Shown: piece after piece, positions 50,068-62,510 of the stretch | Layout: each line of letters starts with the position of its first letter | Position numbering within the stretch: the stretch's first letter is position 1 | Assembly (NCBI RefSeq): GCF_026571515.1 | Contig: NW_026856260.1 | Location: 62,001 to 126,000, forward strand | Direction: 5' to 3' | Source: Ruditapes philippinarum | Taxonomy: Eukaryota | Length of the DNA: 64,000 bases | Position numbers and translations under genes: made by a program | Notes under the pieces: generated by a model | What the model was told of the DNA's origin: nothing | What the model saw: only the letters and a program-made list of their open reading frames with translations | The model's database searches: none

Positions 50068-50230
50068 TTGTTTGTTTGTTTCATTTTACGCCTTTTCCCA
50101 AGAGTATTTCAGTCATATAGGCGGGTAGTTTCCTAACCATCGTTCCTGGAGAGTTACACCAGTACTAGACTACCTTCCTTCGTGCTAAACTACCAAAGCA
50201 TCTCCATGGGAATGGAACCCACGCCAGAGG
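50068..50230 (-). mobile_element. SINE family 1, 5'-truncated copy
   Basis: Matches the 462-603 and 14345 copies. Confidence 0.75.
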
Positions 50231-50559
50231 AATTAAAAACGCTCGTGAACCACGAAAGTATCTATAAATATCCCTATGAAATTATCGGAAATGTTCATCT
50301 TATAAAAAGACTTTTTACATGTAAGGCGATTTTTATATTTTATCCTTAACATGTGTAATAGTAAATTATTGATTAATCGCCAATCTTTTGAAATATATAA
50401 CTAATGTATCACAGCTTGACAGTGAAAAAATGAGCATAATGTCACTTCAAGGAATAAGGTTAAAAGCTCCCTGATATATTTATTCTATTTTGTTCATTTT
50501 TAGGCTCGCATCTCAACTTCTGATATAAGCAGAATAAAACAAAATACTGACACTAAATA

Positions 50560-50962
50560 TATTTATTATATACTTATAAATGAAATATTGAGAAATATTG
50601 ATGAAATAAAATGTGTATTTTCATTTTCCGTATTTTCACTGTAAAAATTTATTTTTCACTGCAGTGAAACATATTTTCCGTATTTTCACTGGTGTCTTGC
50701 TGGACTACTTTCTTTTAAATTCTACCAGTACACAAAATTTAAGGGAAAGTTTTTCAAATTTTATCGCAAAAAAGAGAAAAATGTACATAATAAACAGAAA
50801 ATTCAAGTTTTTTCTATAAATACATGATTTATTTTCATCTTGTGGCATGAAAATTACCATATTTCACTCGTGGCTACCGCCACTCATGAAATATTTATTT
50901 TCATACCACTCGATGAAAATAAATCATGTATTTATAGAAAAAACTTGAATATCCTCTATGTA
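50560..50962 (-). mobile_element. Related long-hairpin element, opposite orientation
   Basis: Ends ATATCCTCTATGTA; hairpin around CACTCGTGGCTACCGCCACTCATG; left boundary approximate. Confidence 0.6.
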
Positions 50963-51189
50963 TTTTTGATCTCCTCTCTATTTTTTGTTAATAACTATAA
51001 AAATATATATAAAGCAAGGATATTTTGCTTAAATAGAATATTTTACCCACTATCCGAAATATATTCAATTTTTCACTCACACCTTAATATAAGTGTTTAC
51101 ATGTTCTATAATTTGGTTTCATATAACCTTCACTCAATGAGCAACATGGTACTTTGTGACTTGTGATAGGAAATCTCCAGATCCATGCA

Positions 51190-51277
51190 GTGTAAGGGGC
51201 GTGCCCGGGAGGTGTAAGGGGCGTGCCCGGGAGGTGTAAGGGGCGTGCCCGGTAGGTGTAAGGGGCGTGCCCGGGAG
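51190..51277. repeat. GC-rich 22-bp tandem repeat x4 (GTGTAAGGGGCGTGCCCGGGAG)
   Basis: Near-perfect copies. Confidence 0.9.
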
Positions 51278-51903
51278 TCAGAAACACAGTCACTGTGTAA
51301 GCTTGCTGGATAGCCCAATTATCATGTGCTACATATTTTGGTGAAAAAAGAATCAAATAACAAAAATAAAGTGGTTTGAAGTACATGACACACGGAAAAT
51401 ATTGCTTTTTATCCCTAACAATGTCTTGATACAAAAGACTTTTAGCCAACAGATTATTCATTTTAACAAATATCCTAAACAAGATACACTTATAACACTT
51501 CAATACAAAAGAATTGCTTCACTAACTAGTGTAAAAGATTTAAAAGGGAGCTAATTAAATACAAAAATATTTAGAAAATTCTTATAAAATACAGGCACAG
51601 AAATGCATTGAATTGAAAAACTATATTAAGGCAATCGTTATTGCAAATATATATACTATACATGAAATATTTCTTCTAATTTTTTCTTATATTAGTAAGT
51701 TTGTAAGGGAAATTCTGTTATAAATTAATTGTATAATTTTCTTTCCACTGTGAAAACCAAAAGCAGAATCAACTGAAACAATATTTTTCCAGATTTAGAA
51801 AAGCTCTGACCTATTTATCTGATATTCTTGTTCTAGTGAAATATATTGGATATTTTTCACTCTGTACAATAGGGAAAAAATAAAATACTAGGGCTCTCAA
51901 TCA

Positions 51904-52161
51904 TCAATGCTTCTTGTGATGCTTAGCTCCATGTTTTCTAGAAGAGGTCTCCCCGTTGGCTGTAACACTTCCATTACCCTGATTATCTTTGCCCTTTCCT
52001 GCAGCTGGTTGCTTTCTATAAGCTTGAACGTAAAAGTTTGCGAACATCACCAGGAATATAACAGCGTACGCCAATATCCAGTAGGCAAACAATCTCGGGT
52101 AATTACAGTCCTTCATATACAGTAGTTGTACTGAGTGAATTGTTACCAGGAGAAACTGTAT
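51904..52161 (-). CDS. ELOVL7: ELOVL coding exon 7 (IQFLLVTIH...KHHKKH*)
   Basis: CACAG acceptor; FANFYVQAY; TGA at 51906-51904. Confidence 0.94.
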   Translation of the reverse strand: MQFLLVTIHSVQLLYMKDCNYPRLFAYWILAYAVIFLVMFANFYVQAYRKQPAAGKGKDNQGNGSVTANGETSSRKHGAKHHKKH

Positions 52162-55100
52162 CTGTGAAATGATAAACAATTTTTATTGAAAATTAAATTT
52201 AGGTTATAACTAAAAATCAAAAACAAAAGTGCCATGCCAATATAGTTTTGTCACAAATGCTCAGTTTATTACTAGTAATATTATTAGTTAATAGTAAACA
52301 TTTACATTAAAATCCAACAATTTATGATAACTCAATCATCAATACTCAAATTTTTATTTGTGCCATGTAAAATGAAAATCTAAAATCTCTCCATGCCTGT
52401 AAGAAAAATGCTCTGGATATTTCTTTGGTCATAGTTCATTGGCACCAACACTACGTCTCATGGTGTTGAACATTTATATCAAGTTATATTAAATCTATTC
52501 ATACATGTAAAAGATAATGCTTCGAACAAAGTCTGGAATTTTACTTGTGTGTAGAAATATAATTAAAAACACTTACTATTTGCATTTTTGTCATGTACTT
52601 TTTCCACCAGAGGTATTTCTGATACTTTGGTCCCAGAGCTGCCAGGAAGTAGTAAGTGTACATCATAAGGTGTATAAATGAGTTCAGAAGGGAATGAAAT
52701 GTTCCAAATCCACCTGAAATCACCAAAATTCACTATAACCAATTATACCAGTTCAATAAAGGATGAAATGTTCCAAATTAAACTGAAATTACCAAAATTC
52801 ACAATAACCAAATATGCCAGATCAGTAAAGAATAAAATGTTCAAAATCCACCTGAAATCACCAAAATTCATTATAACCAAATTTAACTGTTCAGTAAAGA
52901 ATGAAATGTTCCAAATCAACCTAAAAACATAAAATTTCTAATAATGAAACATACCAGTTCAGTAAAGAATGAAATGTTCCAAATTCACCTGAAATCATCG
53001 AATTTTGAATTACCAAACATACATGTTCAGTAAAGAATGCAACTTCACAAATTCATAAGAAACTGATTAGATAAACAGATAAAATAGTATAGCCTTTTTG
53101 TAGTGTTACAGGTATTGGTAGCAGCTATGTAATAAGCAATAATGAATATTCATTGAAATAAAACAAGAATCTTTACAAAACTATACTAATACTAATATCA
53201 AAACAGCCATATAGGAATTGACTCTTAACCTACTTGAACTTTTGCCCAAGCCAATCAGCCAGGCTTTTAAAATCGTTTGTCAAGACTGGTAAGTTTATGC
53301 CTGTTTAGACAGCATAATTCAGGACCCCTGATCAAATAAACTAAAGGTGCCTTTAATTCCATAAAAAAAATAATCATTCTATTCAGCATGATGTCTCTGA
53401 GACATTTATGGTATCAAAGTGGAAATTGCTTTCAACAAAGATCATCTAGTCCTTGACCTTTGAACTATTGATCCTTAAACAAAATTTTCTTCTCATCGTA
53501 ATAAATTCTATTGGCTCTGGGTCAAATGTCAATCATGGTATTGAACAGGTATTTTTTATATGGCGTAATGTATTTTTCTTTTATGTAAGGGTACCCTGAC
53601 CTAGACCTCTGACATTCTGTCCTAAAAAATCAAAAGTCAATCTAAGGAACAAAATAAGGGTTCTATTATCAATACTTTGGTTCTTGCTTGTAAACTCATT
53701 ATTTCAATTTAACTGATCTTTTTTTCAATATGACATATGTGTATATATGTTGTGTATATGTTGCGATGTTGTGTATATGTTGCGTATGTGATAACTGTTT
53801 ATATGTTGTAATTACTGGTATCTTGTGTACATCAGCTGAGGCTCATATGGAATCAGAAGGCTGAATGTGTAAGCCTTGTTAAATAAAGGCAATTCTAACC
53901 TACTAATACTAAACAGAAAGCCTGACAGATCAGAAGGACAGGGCAAAAAATTCTCCATATAATGTCAGATATAAGAAAATTATTTACCTCCTACAAAACG
54001 TACTCCAAACCACCACGATGCTGGCATAATTGCATGATGGAAGACATGTAAGAAAGAACACTGGTTAAACTTCTTACGGAGCACAAAAAATATCTGAAAT
54101 ACAAAAACAATAAACATAACAATACTTCTCTGAAAATCTATCTCTGATTTTTTTTTAATCAATACTCAGAATATGCATTAATGTTTTGTTATTATCAATA
54201 CATGAAAAAAATATTAAAGATCCTGTAACACAATTTTTTTTATGGTTTTAATTCAAACATATGATGCTCAAAGTAAGATTTGTCAATATTGTAAGTTCCA
54301 ATAAGCATTATTTGTAAAGATATTACCGAATTTACTATTTCATGTAAATAAAGGGAGGTAATTAGAAATTTATTTTCTATAAATTCAAAGTCTAATTTTC
54401 CAATAAGAAATGAATGCATATAATCAATTGATTACTTATAATGTGCACAAATATTTGCAGTACATATTTTACATATTCTTCGATGTTTGAAACTTGTTTT
54501 ATTTGCATAATAATATACATTTCTTTAAAAGTGGTATACACACAGGTACAATATTAATTACAAAACAGACAGGATCTTTAAAATTTTGTATTACACTAAA
54601 TTTTTAGCACCAATTTGTAATATGTTAATTTAAAATCAATCTAAAAGGCTTTAGTAAATATTGATTACTTGTACATAATTCATGACAATTGTAGTTAACA
54701 ACGCAACATAAAATATTCTAAGTAATTGAAAAGATACTATATATGGTCTGACACTTGAGGGGTCTCACAATACAAGTCTGACTGTACATACATATAGGTT
54801 ATATTCTACTTACTGTATCAAAAAGTTCAATAAATTTGGAGAAATAAAACCACCAACACACATTCAGCATCTGCAATATAAAGAGAACAATCAGGTTAGT
54901 AATATACATGACACAGTATTGATTTTTCACTTTTTTGGTTGGGCTTCAGGCACATAAACACTGTTAAGGTCAAATGGCAACTTTCCAACTTTACTGATGG
55001 AGGAAGACCTCAGGTGTCCCTCTGTACATTATTTCAGGCACAAACAGGCACTTATGAATAGAACCATAGGCTTTCCATAAGCTACCGTGATAGTTTCCTT

Positions 55101-57057
55101 ATGTGAAAGAATCCAATTCCCTGGCAGGACTCCTTAGTGGTAAGGAGCTATAGGTTTGAAGTCAACTACCTTAACCACACAGCCATGAGCTCTCCTCTGA
55201 GCTGAGGGAAATTTGATTTTATACACTTTCAATCCAATCAATAATTACAGTCCCTATGACCTGAACATTTCAAGCAAATCAATTTAATTTATGAAAACTT
55301 TCATTTTAGGTTGGATGAATCTTCAAATTTATGTTCAAACTCCTTGGCATCTTGCTATTTTCATTTAAGTAACATAACATACTATAAATGATTTTATAAT
55401 AGACTTATTATTGTAGTGCGTAAAATGTTTAACAAACAATTATTAATTGTTGATAATGATAATATATATTTCTGAGTAAGTCAATTTTTGGCAAAAGATG
55501 GTTTGTTAAAATATTCTACACAATTTCATGCTTAGTGATTAAAATAATTAGGTTTAAATACAGAAAACTTACTCGCATTGCCCGAGGTGAGGTAGAGTAA
55601 TCAACCTCCTCACAACCAAAAGTATACCCTGTAAACCAGCCTGCCATACCAAACTGAAAACATAACAAATTTTTTCTTAAATTTGTAAAACATCACTAGC
55701 TGATAATGAATAACCTACATAGCATATTATATTTTTTTTGAAAGCTGCATTTTTTTTTGAAAGCTGCACACCTCCAGATGAGCCAAAATATATCAAGAAA
55801 TTCAATCTTTAGAAAAATGTATTAAAATCTTAAGAAAAGTAAAAAGATTCAATATCTAATTAATAATTAACATGTTATGTGTGTTTAATGACTGATTTTG
55901 CAGTATCAATCACTATAATTCTACTGCGTAACTAACACAGTAAGAGGTATTTATGTATATTTTGACCTCTTTTTGGTAATATACGTGGATTGTAGTGCAG
56001 GTTGCAACGTGTAAATTAATTTCTTTGTTCACTTCACAATATTTTACTTTTGAATACATTTTCCAAATTTTCATGAAAATTAGCATGAATCTGGAGGCAT
56101 GCTGCTTTAAATTACCAAAATGTTTTTGTCTGAGCTAAATTATTTAACATTTTACAATACTTAATACAATACACACCGCTTCAAGCAATCGTTGCTCGGC
56201 AAAACAGCACTTTTGTTCATATACTACAATCCAAAATATGCACAAACATGTATAAAGCTAGTTTTAGCATAAATGACCTTGACCTCAACAAATCCCATGG
56301 AAGTAAGAGGACCACTCAAGGTATGATCTTACAATATCTATAAGACATCAGTCAATTAATACAGGCTGTATGAGCAAGTGTTAAAATCTATTATTAGCAC
56401 CTAGCAGTGACCTTGACCTCAGTGAGGTGCAGTGACCTTGACCTCAGTGAACAAACAAAAGGTAATGGACCACCCAAGGTATAAATATGAACATGTATAC
56501 TACAAAATGTTGGTGAAATTAACAACTACCAAAAAAGGCAAAATACAAACCTCCATAAAACAGTAAGTTGACAGACAAACCATGAGCAAATTAAACACAA
56601 GAAGGACTTTTCTCATCTCCACTGGTTTTCGATCTTTCATAATGGTTGGCCCCAATTTCACAAAGATAACGTATGCAATACATATCACAATACTTGATAT
56701 TGGTGATGACATCATAAACCAATCATCCACACGAGGATCTATAATAAATAAACAGAAAAATAATTCATGTTTATTTCAGCTATATCAATAGGGTTACATT
56801 TGTAACAAGATTTTATTTGATATCAACAAAACAAATGAAATTAGTCATAAATATCAAGATATTCAAAATAATAAAATGTTATTGAAACTAACTGTAGTTC
56901 GTTTATATAAAACATTATTCGATAACATATGTTTTGGTAGTCTTACAATGATATTATTAAAAAACAAAATTGGTTTTCATATTATAATATAAATCATACC
57001 TTTCTTTGCCCAAATTTCATCCCAGAATTTCACAGCTCTAGTATACATGTCCGCCAT
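51904..57057 (-). CDS. ELOVL7: Elongation of very long chain fatty acids protein, ELOVL1/7-like (294 aa, 7 coding exons)
   Basis: Exons total 885 nt in frame. Motifs DPRVDDWFMMSSP, KFIELFDT, catalytic HVFHH, NSFIHLMMYTYY, YLWWKKYMT. Symbol is for the ELOVL1/7 group; exact orthology not tested. Confidence 0.95.
52577..52713 (-). CDS. ELOVL7: ELOVL coding exon 6 (GGFGTFHSLLNSFIH...TKMQI)
   Basis: TTTCAG / GTAAGT; NxxxHxxMYxYY motif. Confidence 0.95.
52690..53045. repeat. 69-bp tandem repeat x5 spanning the ELOVL exon 6 acceptor
   Basis: Units GAATGAAATGTTCCAAATCCACCTGAAATCACC...GTTCAGTAAA spaced 69,69,69,68 bp. Confidence 0.88.
53988..54093 (-). CDS. ELOVL7: ELOVL coding exon 5 (IFFVLRKK...HVFHH...RFVG)
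   Basis: TTTCAG / GTAAAT; HxxHH box. Confidence 0.95.
54814..54870 (-). CDS. ELOVL7: ELOVL coding exon 4 (MLNVCWWFYFSKFIELFDT)
   Basis: TGCAG / GTAAGT; KxxExxDT motif. Confidence 0.95.
54930..55195 (-). mobile_element. SINE family 3, copy 2
   Basis: Collinear with 9365-9595; tRNA-like head at the right end. Confidence 0.6.
55573..55653 (-). CDS. ELOVL7: ELOVL coding exon 3 (FGMAGWFTGYTFGCEEVDYSTSPRAMR)
   Basis: TTTTCAG / GTAAGT, 27 codons. Confidence 0.93.
55762..56106. mobile_element. Kolobok-like MITE family 2, copy 2
   Basis: Collinear similarity with 5986-6317; TTAA at the right end. Confidence 0.75.
56551..56738 (-). CDS. ELOVL7: ELOVL coding exon 2 (DPRVDDW...CFME)
   Basis: TATAG acceptor, GTTTGT donor. 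Confidence 0.93.
57000..57057 (-). CDS. ELOVL7: ELOVL coding exon 1 (MADMYTRAVKFWDEIWAKK)
   Basis: Acceptor TTTGCAG at 57071, start context AAGATGG, donor GTATGA. Confidence 0.9.
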
Positions 57058-57880
57058 CTTGAAATATTTCCTGCAAATATAATTTTATATCATTAACACA
57101 TGAATTTTTAGAAAAATTATAACATCAAGTAAATTATATATGTTTATACAAGCTGTGGTGCCCCTGCTTACAATCTGAATATTTCATAACACCTTTTTAA
57201 TAATTTAGACTAGCTCACATATTGTTCAGTTTAGCACAATCTCTCTGAAAGTAACTCACAAGGACAATTAACAGCTGACTGGCAAATGAAATAAGAGCCG
57301 TGTCTTTTACTGTCAGACTAGTGCTGATTTTGACCACTGCTGTATACATGACACATTGAACCTGGTGCTTCTGTCCTAAATGAATGACTTAAACTTTGAC
57401 AGTCATGTATAAAAGTAAAGATGAAATGGTTAAATCCTTATATAATATGAATTGTTCCATCTCAGATCGCTAGGATATGGTTCACACAAACTTAAAAACC
57501 TGATCTTTGACCTTCCATATAAATATACATTAGTGAAATTCATACATATTTGGTCAAACAAAGAAATACAGCAAAAGATGCGGGTTGACTTGCTTTGTAC
57601 GAGTCAGATGTTTGTAAGGCAATTAAGGATAATACACATGACAGTCTTAATGCAATTTAAACTGCATGTCTGCTGCTGTCTCTAAGACTGATTTGTTGAC
57701 AACACACACTATTTAACAGTTCAATGTAAATCTGTTCAGTTGAGAGTGCAATTCTGCAAGAGGGTTCCTGATTTTGACAGCCCCAGTACAAAATGGTCAT
57801 GATAGCTCTGCACCGCCACTCTGAACAGCCCAAGCTACTTGGCTTAATTAACTAGGTCTAGGAACATGGGAACAATCCAT

Positions 57881-59967
57881 CCCCGGGTCAAACTCAAGCA
57901 AACAGGACGTTTCAGCCCCAAACCAAATCGGCCCCTGTGCAAAAATCGGCCCCTAGACGTTCCGACCCTTTTCTGCGAGACGTTTCGGCCCATTTTTTTA
58001 TTACAGTTTTATTACAGTATAAAAGGAATTTTTATACTTAAAATCGTTAAAAATTGTAGTATATTGATTGATTGATGGCACACAAACAATTATGACATTT
58101 TAATCCTTAATTGATAATCCATTGTAGATCTATCAATCGCTATTTAGATAAAAGCCTTTTTTTCAAGGTGCAACAATAAATACACCTAATTAAAGACAAT
58201 TAATCTTTAATTTATAAGACAGTTGACAATGCAAAAACTTTTTGATTAACAAAATTAATTACAAATATACTTCAAAAATCATTATCTTTTGATCTCTTAA
58301 TCATTTAGCTAACACTTAAGATTTATGTTTTTCTCAAGGTTTAACAAATTAATTATTTAAAGCGTATTGCTAATCAGCCGTTAGTAATATCAAAGATTTT
58401 TTAACTTATGATTTGATATAATTTCTTGATAATATATGCTTTGATTGAAAATCTATCACTTTTATGGTAAAAAATGTCTGTTTACAAAGTATTGTTTGTT
58501 TTATCTTATAATTTTTTAACTGTTATGTGTTGTATTGTACCATTTATTTAATAGTTGTTGATAATAAATGTTTGTATTGTTCTGTGTCTTGCTTTTTAAT
58601 CGTTCAAATTTGTAAAAAAAAACTTGTTGATAATGATCAGATAAAATATGTTTCAGTGTTCGTGTACTATGTTTTGTTTAATAAAGTTTATGTTCTGTTT
58701 GTTTTGATTACTATCGTTGAGTGACCTGTTTACTCTGCCCTATTTCGACGCCATTTATATTTTGCCTCAAAATTGATATAAGCGGCCGTTTACGTCACTA
58801 CTGTACTACGCTATAGCAAAATGGAATTCCTCTAGATGGTTAGGTAACAATATGTAGTAAGTAAGACCCTCAAAGGTAAGATTTAGCATGTTATACCTTA
58901 TTTAAGAGATTTTTGTATGATTTCACTAATGCAATTTTGATCCTCACTTTACTATGTCATGTTTTCCTTGAAAAAATCGGCTGGAAAATACCTCCCTGTC
59001 TGCTGACCTCATTTCCTTATTCTCAGGTCACGTGGCAGTAAAAATTACCCAAAAGTGTTGTTTTTTGCGCATTTTTTCACCCTAAATGCAACCTGTACGT
59101 GTTGCAGATTTTTTTACGGTTATAAATCAATGATTGAATGTTAATTGAAAATTAATTGGATATATATTTATCTTATTTGGATGGAATGAATTGCAATATT
59201 TTTATAAGTTGCTCCACTAAATGTATTATTTTGTTTTTGCAGGTTCAACAAAGAAAGTAAAGGTGCTATTTTCCAACCTATAATTTTCAGCAGAGGAGGT
59301 CAAACAGACTAGGGCTACCGTCCAAACCACTGTAAAAATACAACAATAGCATTTACCACATATAATAATGCTTTATTTATGAAAGAAATAAAGAATAGAT
59401 AAACTATTGTTCACTTGTTGATACTTTCAACTTTGCAGGTCTATGCTCTTGATTTGGTGAACAACGTAAGTAAAAGTATTATGGTGTACAGTCTCCTGTA
59501 GTGTGTAATAAAATTAGCCAATCAATGGCGTTGTTTTAGGGCACTCTCAATAAAAAAGGCCGCTCCCAGATGAAGTGAAAGTAGGATTGTTCATGAAAAG
59601 GAATAGCTGGAAAACAGCTTAATTTACCCATTTCATAAAGGTTAGAGATTTTTTTAAAATGTGAAAACATTTTATACAATACAATCACATGGTTTTAATA
59701 GACGCAAACAAAACAATCCTTAAGGGCGTCGAAACTGGTCACTCGAGGATACTATTTTAGCCTCATTCAATTAAAAATCATAATTTAATTATTCAATTAA
59801 TTCTCTCATTCCTTTTATCCTTTCATTTATTTATATGCTATTAAAATTCTGGTATAAAACACGTTAAGGTAAGACTTATTCTTTACTAAATATGGGGCCG
59901 ATTTGGTGAAGGGCTGAAACGTCCGGGGCCGAAACGTCTTGGGGTAATTTGGGGCCGATATCCCGGG
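57881..59967. mobile_element. ~2.1-kb non-autonomous TIR transposon (MULE-like)
   Basis: CCCGGG ends; inverted subterminal arrays of CGTTTCGGCCCC/AATCGGCCCC; degenerate 9-bp TSD ACAATCCAT / ACAACCAAT; no transposase ORF. Confidence 0.65.
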
Positions 59968-61166
59968 ACAACCAATATTCAATCAGTTAAGCTGTTTTTA
60001 GCCAAGAATAAATGGAAAGGGAAATTATACTTTAAATTCATTTTAGCTATTAATGCATCTATTAACACTTATTCATTTTCAGGTTGGTACATTTTTAACA
60101 AGTCTTGATCTTTCTTAAAAATTCAATAAAAACAATATGACCCACTCAGGTTACTCCCAGGAATATTTTAACCTAAATTCAAACAGCAGGGTAATCACCA
60201 TGGAAAATTTGTTAAAGATAAATCAGGTCCACTAAAAATTGTAGAAAATTTCACAATAGTCTATTCAACGATTTTCAACAGTTTATCAAGATTTTTAAAA
60301 AACTTACACTTAATGTTATAACATATGTACAGCACAATGCCTTGGTATGACTACTGTTAATGTGTATAAAAAGGCAGTTAAAGGTGTCACTTCTAAGTAC
60401 GCTATTTGGGGTGCAAAATGATAAATGCATCCAATCTTTACAGCCATTTTACCTTTCCCACTTTATAATATTAGCAAATATGGAAATTTGTCTAGATCTG
60501 CTAGCTGGTATCGCTTACAAAACAATTATTCTACAATCATCACATGAAAAAATTTGATAACAATATAAGATTTTATAAATAAGGACCCCCATGTAAAGTC
60601 TGATGAATATTTAGTGGTACATCATATAAATAAATGTTTTAAATACACCTAGGACTGAGATAAATGGTAAAACTCTTTAGCCAATACTTTATAAAAAAAA
60701 TTAACTTGCTTAGAAAAATTTTTACCACTATTTTAAACAAGTGACTATTTTGATATAGTGAAAATTGGACAATTTATATTGTGTCACTTAAAACAAACAG
60801 TTTCTTATTGTTTTTCTGAACAGTGCTGAAAACATCTGACAATTAATCAAGTGTGGCATTTCTGCAAGTTTTAAAGTTAATACAACATGTGACTTTATGC
60901 AATTTAGTCAGGCATGACATCAGTGCCACAGAATAAAGAATGTGTTTGAATTTAGGTTGTGATTGAAAATTGGTTGTTTCGGGATACGTCTTGGGGCCGA
61001 AATGACTCGAAATCAAACTCAATGTCCTCTAGCTTTAGCAATTTATCAAATTCTACTGAAAATTATGTACTGCTATCGTTAATATGTTACACAGGTACCA
61101 CATCATCGGAAATGAAATTAATTTAAAACTGCATAAGGTTTAAGTACTTGAAAGCTATTTCTTTAC

Positions 61167-61330
61167 CTGCCCGAACTTGGATAAAGTTTCCAAGACACCA
61201 CGCCTCGAGCGATGAAACCTAAACAAATCCGAATATGCCGGGGTTTCCGGTTAGTGTGACTAAAATACGCAACGGTGATATTTTTGCGCAACGGACGCAA
61301 TGGGGCAACGGAGTGCAAAATATTTAGCCG
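61167..61330 (-). promoter_or_regulatory. Probable non-coding first exon and promoter of the ELOVL gene
   Basis: Donor CAG|GTAAAG at 61166 in a locally CpG-rich patch; the ATG exon has its own acceptor, so an upstream UTR exon is expected. Confidence 0.5.
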
Positions 61331-62189
61331 CTTGGTCCTTACGTTACATTATAAAGAAAGTTTTAGAATTAATATAGAATTATTCATAAAAATATTTATT
61401 TTCAAACTAGAGGTATTTATCTGATAAACATGTGTGGCCGTTTAGGTTTAGACAACGTGATTCGGGGCTTTGGTATTGAACTAATATATTGTTTCATACT
61501 ATACATTGTATTTTAGTTACTGTTTGAATCTAACTCTGGAATTTTACTTTGGCAACCTGTTTTGTCCCTTGTGATCCACCAACTTATTCAGGGTTTGAAA
61601 GACTGGTGCTGGTATTTGAAGTGGTTGAATAGTTCTGCGACAGAAAATACATATTTTTAGTCCCAGAATAATAATTGTATTTTTTTTCTTTTTCTTTTTT
61701 TTTAATGTTTTACATACCTCCCTGATTATATATGTGTTTATAAGCTTTTTTGTATAATTTTTTGTGTTATTAATTTAAATCTAGATTTAAATATATTTTG
61801 TATTCATGATAATTAACCCATGATCATAGGGTAGTTTTGAATAAAACATTGACAGAAAGGTGCGCAACCTTGAGACGGCCAGTAGCAAAACCACTAAAAG
61901 GGTGTTTAAACCGGTTAAAATGGCGCACCAAACCATAATTTTAGCCTTAATATGTTCCTGTGAGTAGAGGCAGTGTAAGAAAACAAAACTGTTCCCGCCA
62001 AGCGAAATTCTCACAGTTGCTATGGTTACAAGAGGTTAAATTGATAAAACAAAGAAATGCTTATATAAATACATAGAAAAGGGAAAACCAATAGACTCAG
62101 TTAGGTGAACATAATCATAAGAGGAAAGCGTAGTGCCCAAATATATATTTGCATTATGTTTCAATATAGTTTAGTCATAACCTCTCTCA

Positions 62190-62510
62190 TGAAAATCTTT
62201 TGGCCTAACAAGATCTCAAACGATGAACTTCTTAGAAAATGCCAGGCAGAAGATATGAATACAACTGAGGACAGGCGTTGGAGATGTATTGACCATGTCC
62301 TACGAAAAGAGCCACCCAATATAACTTAAACAGCCTTACACTGGACACCTGAAGGTAAAAGACGAAGAGGAAGACCGATCTTAACCGAAGATCACATGGC
62401 GGCGCACTGTGGAAGCAGAGATGAAAAATGCAATCTAATCCTGGGGAAGTCTTCAAAAACTGGCGAAAAACTGACAAAGGTTGAAGAACTTCGTTGCAGC
62501 CCCAAACGCT
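62190..62510 (+). mobile_element. 3' fragment of an RTE-clade LINE (dead)
   Basis: Broken frames give KIFWPNKISNDELL..RRWR.I.HVLR..ALHWTPEGKRRRGRP..TWRRTVEAEM, the RTE ORF C-terminal signature. Confidence 0.85.

Noticed and set aside
51084-51503. 139-aa minus-strand ORF
   Set aside because: Downstream of the ELOVL stop and partly built from the 22-bp repeat; no protein-like features
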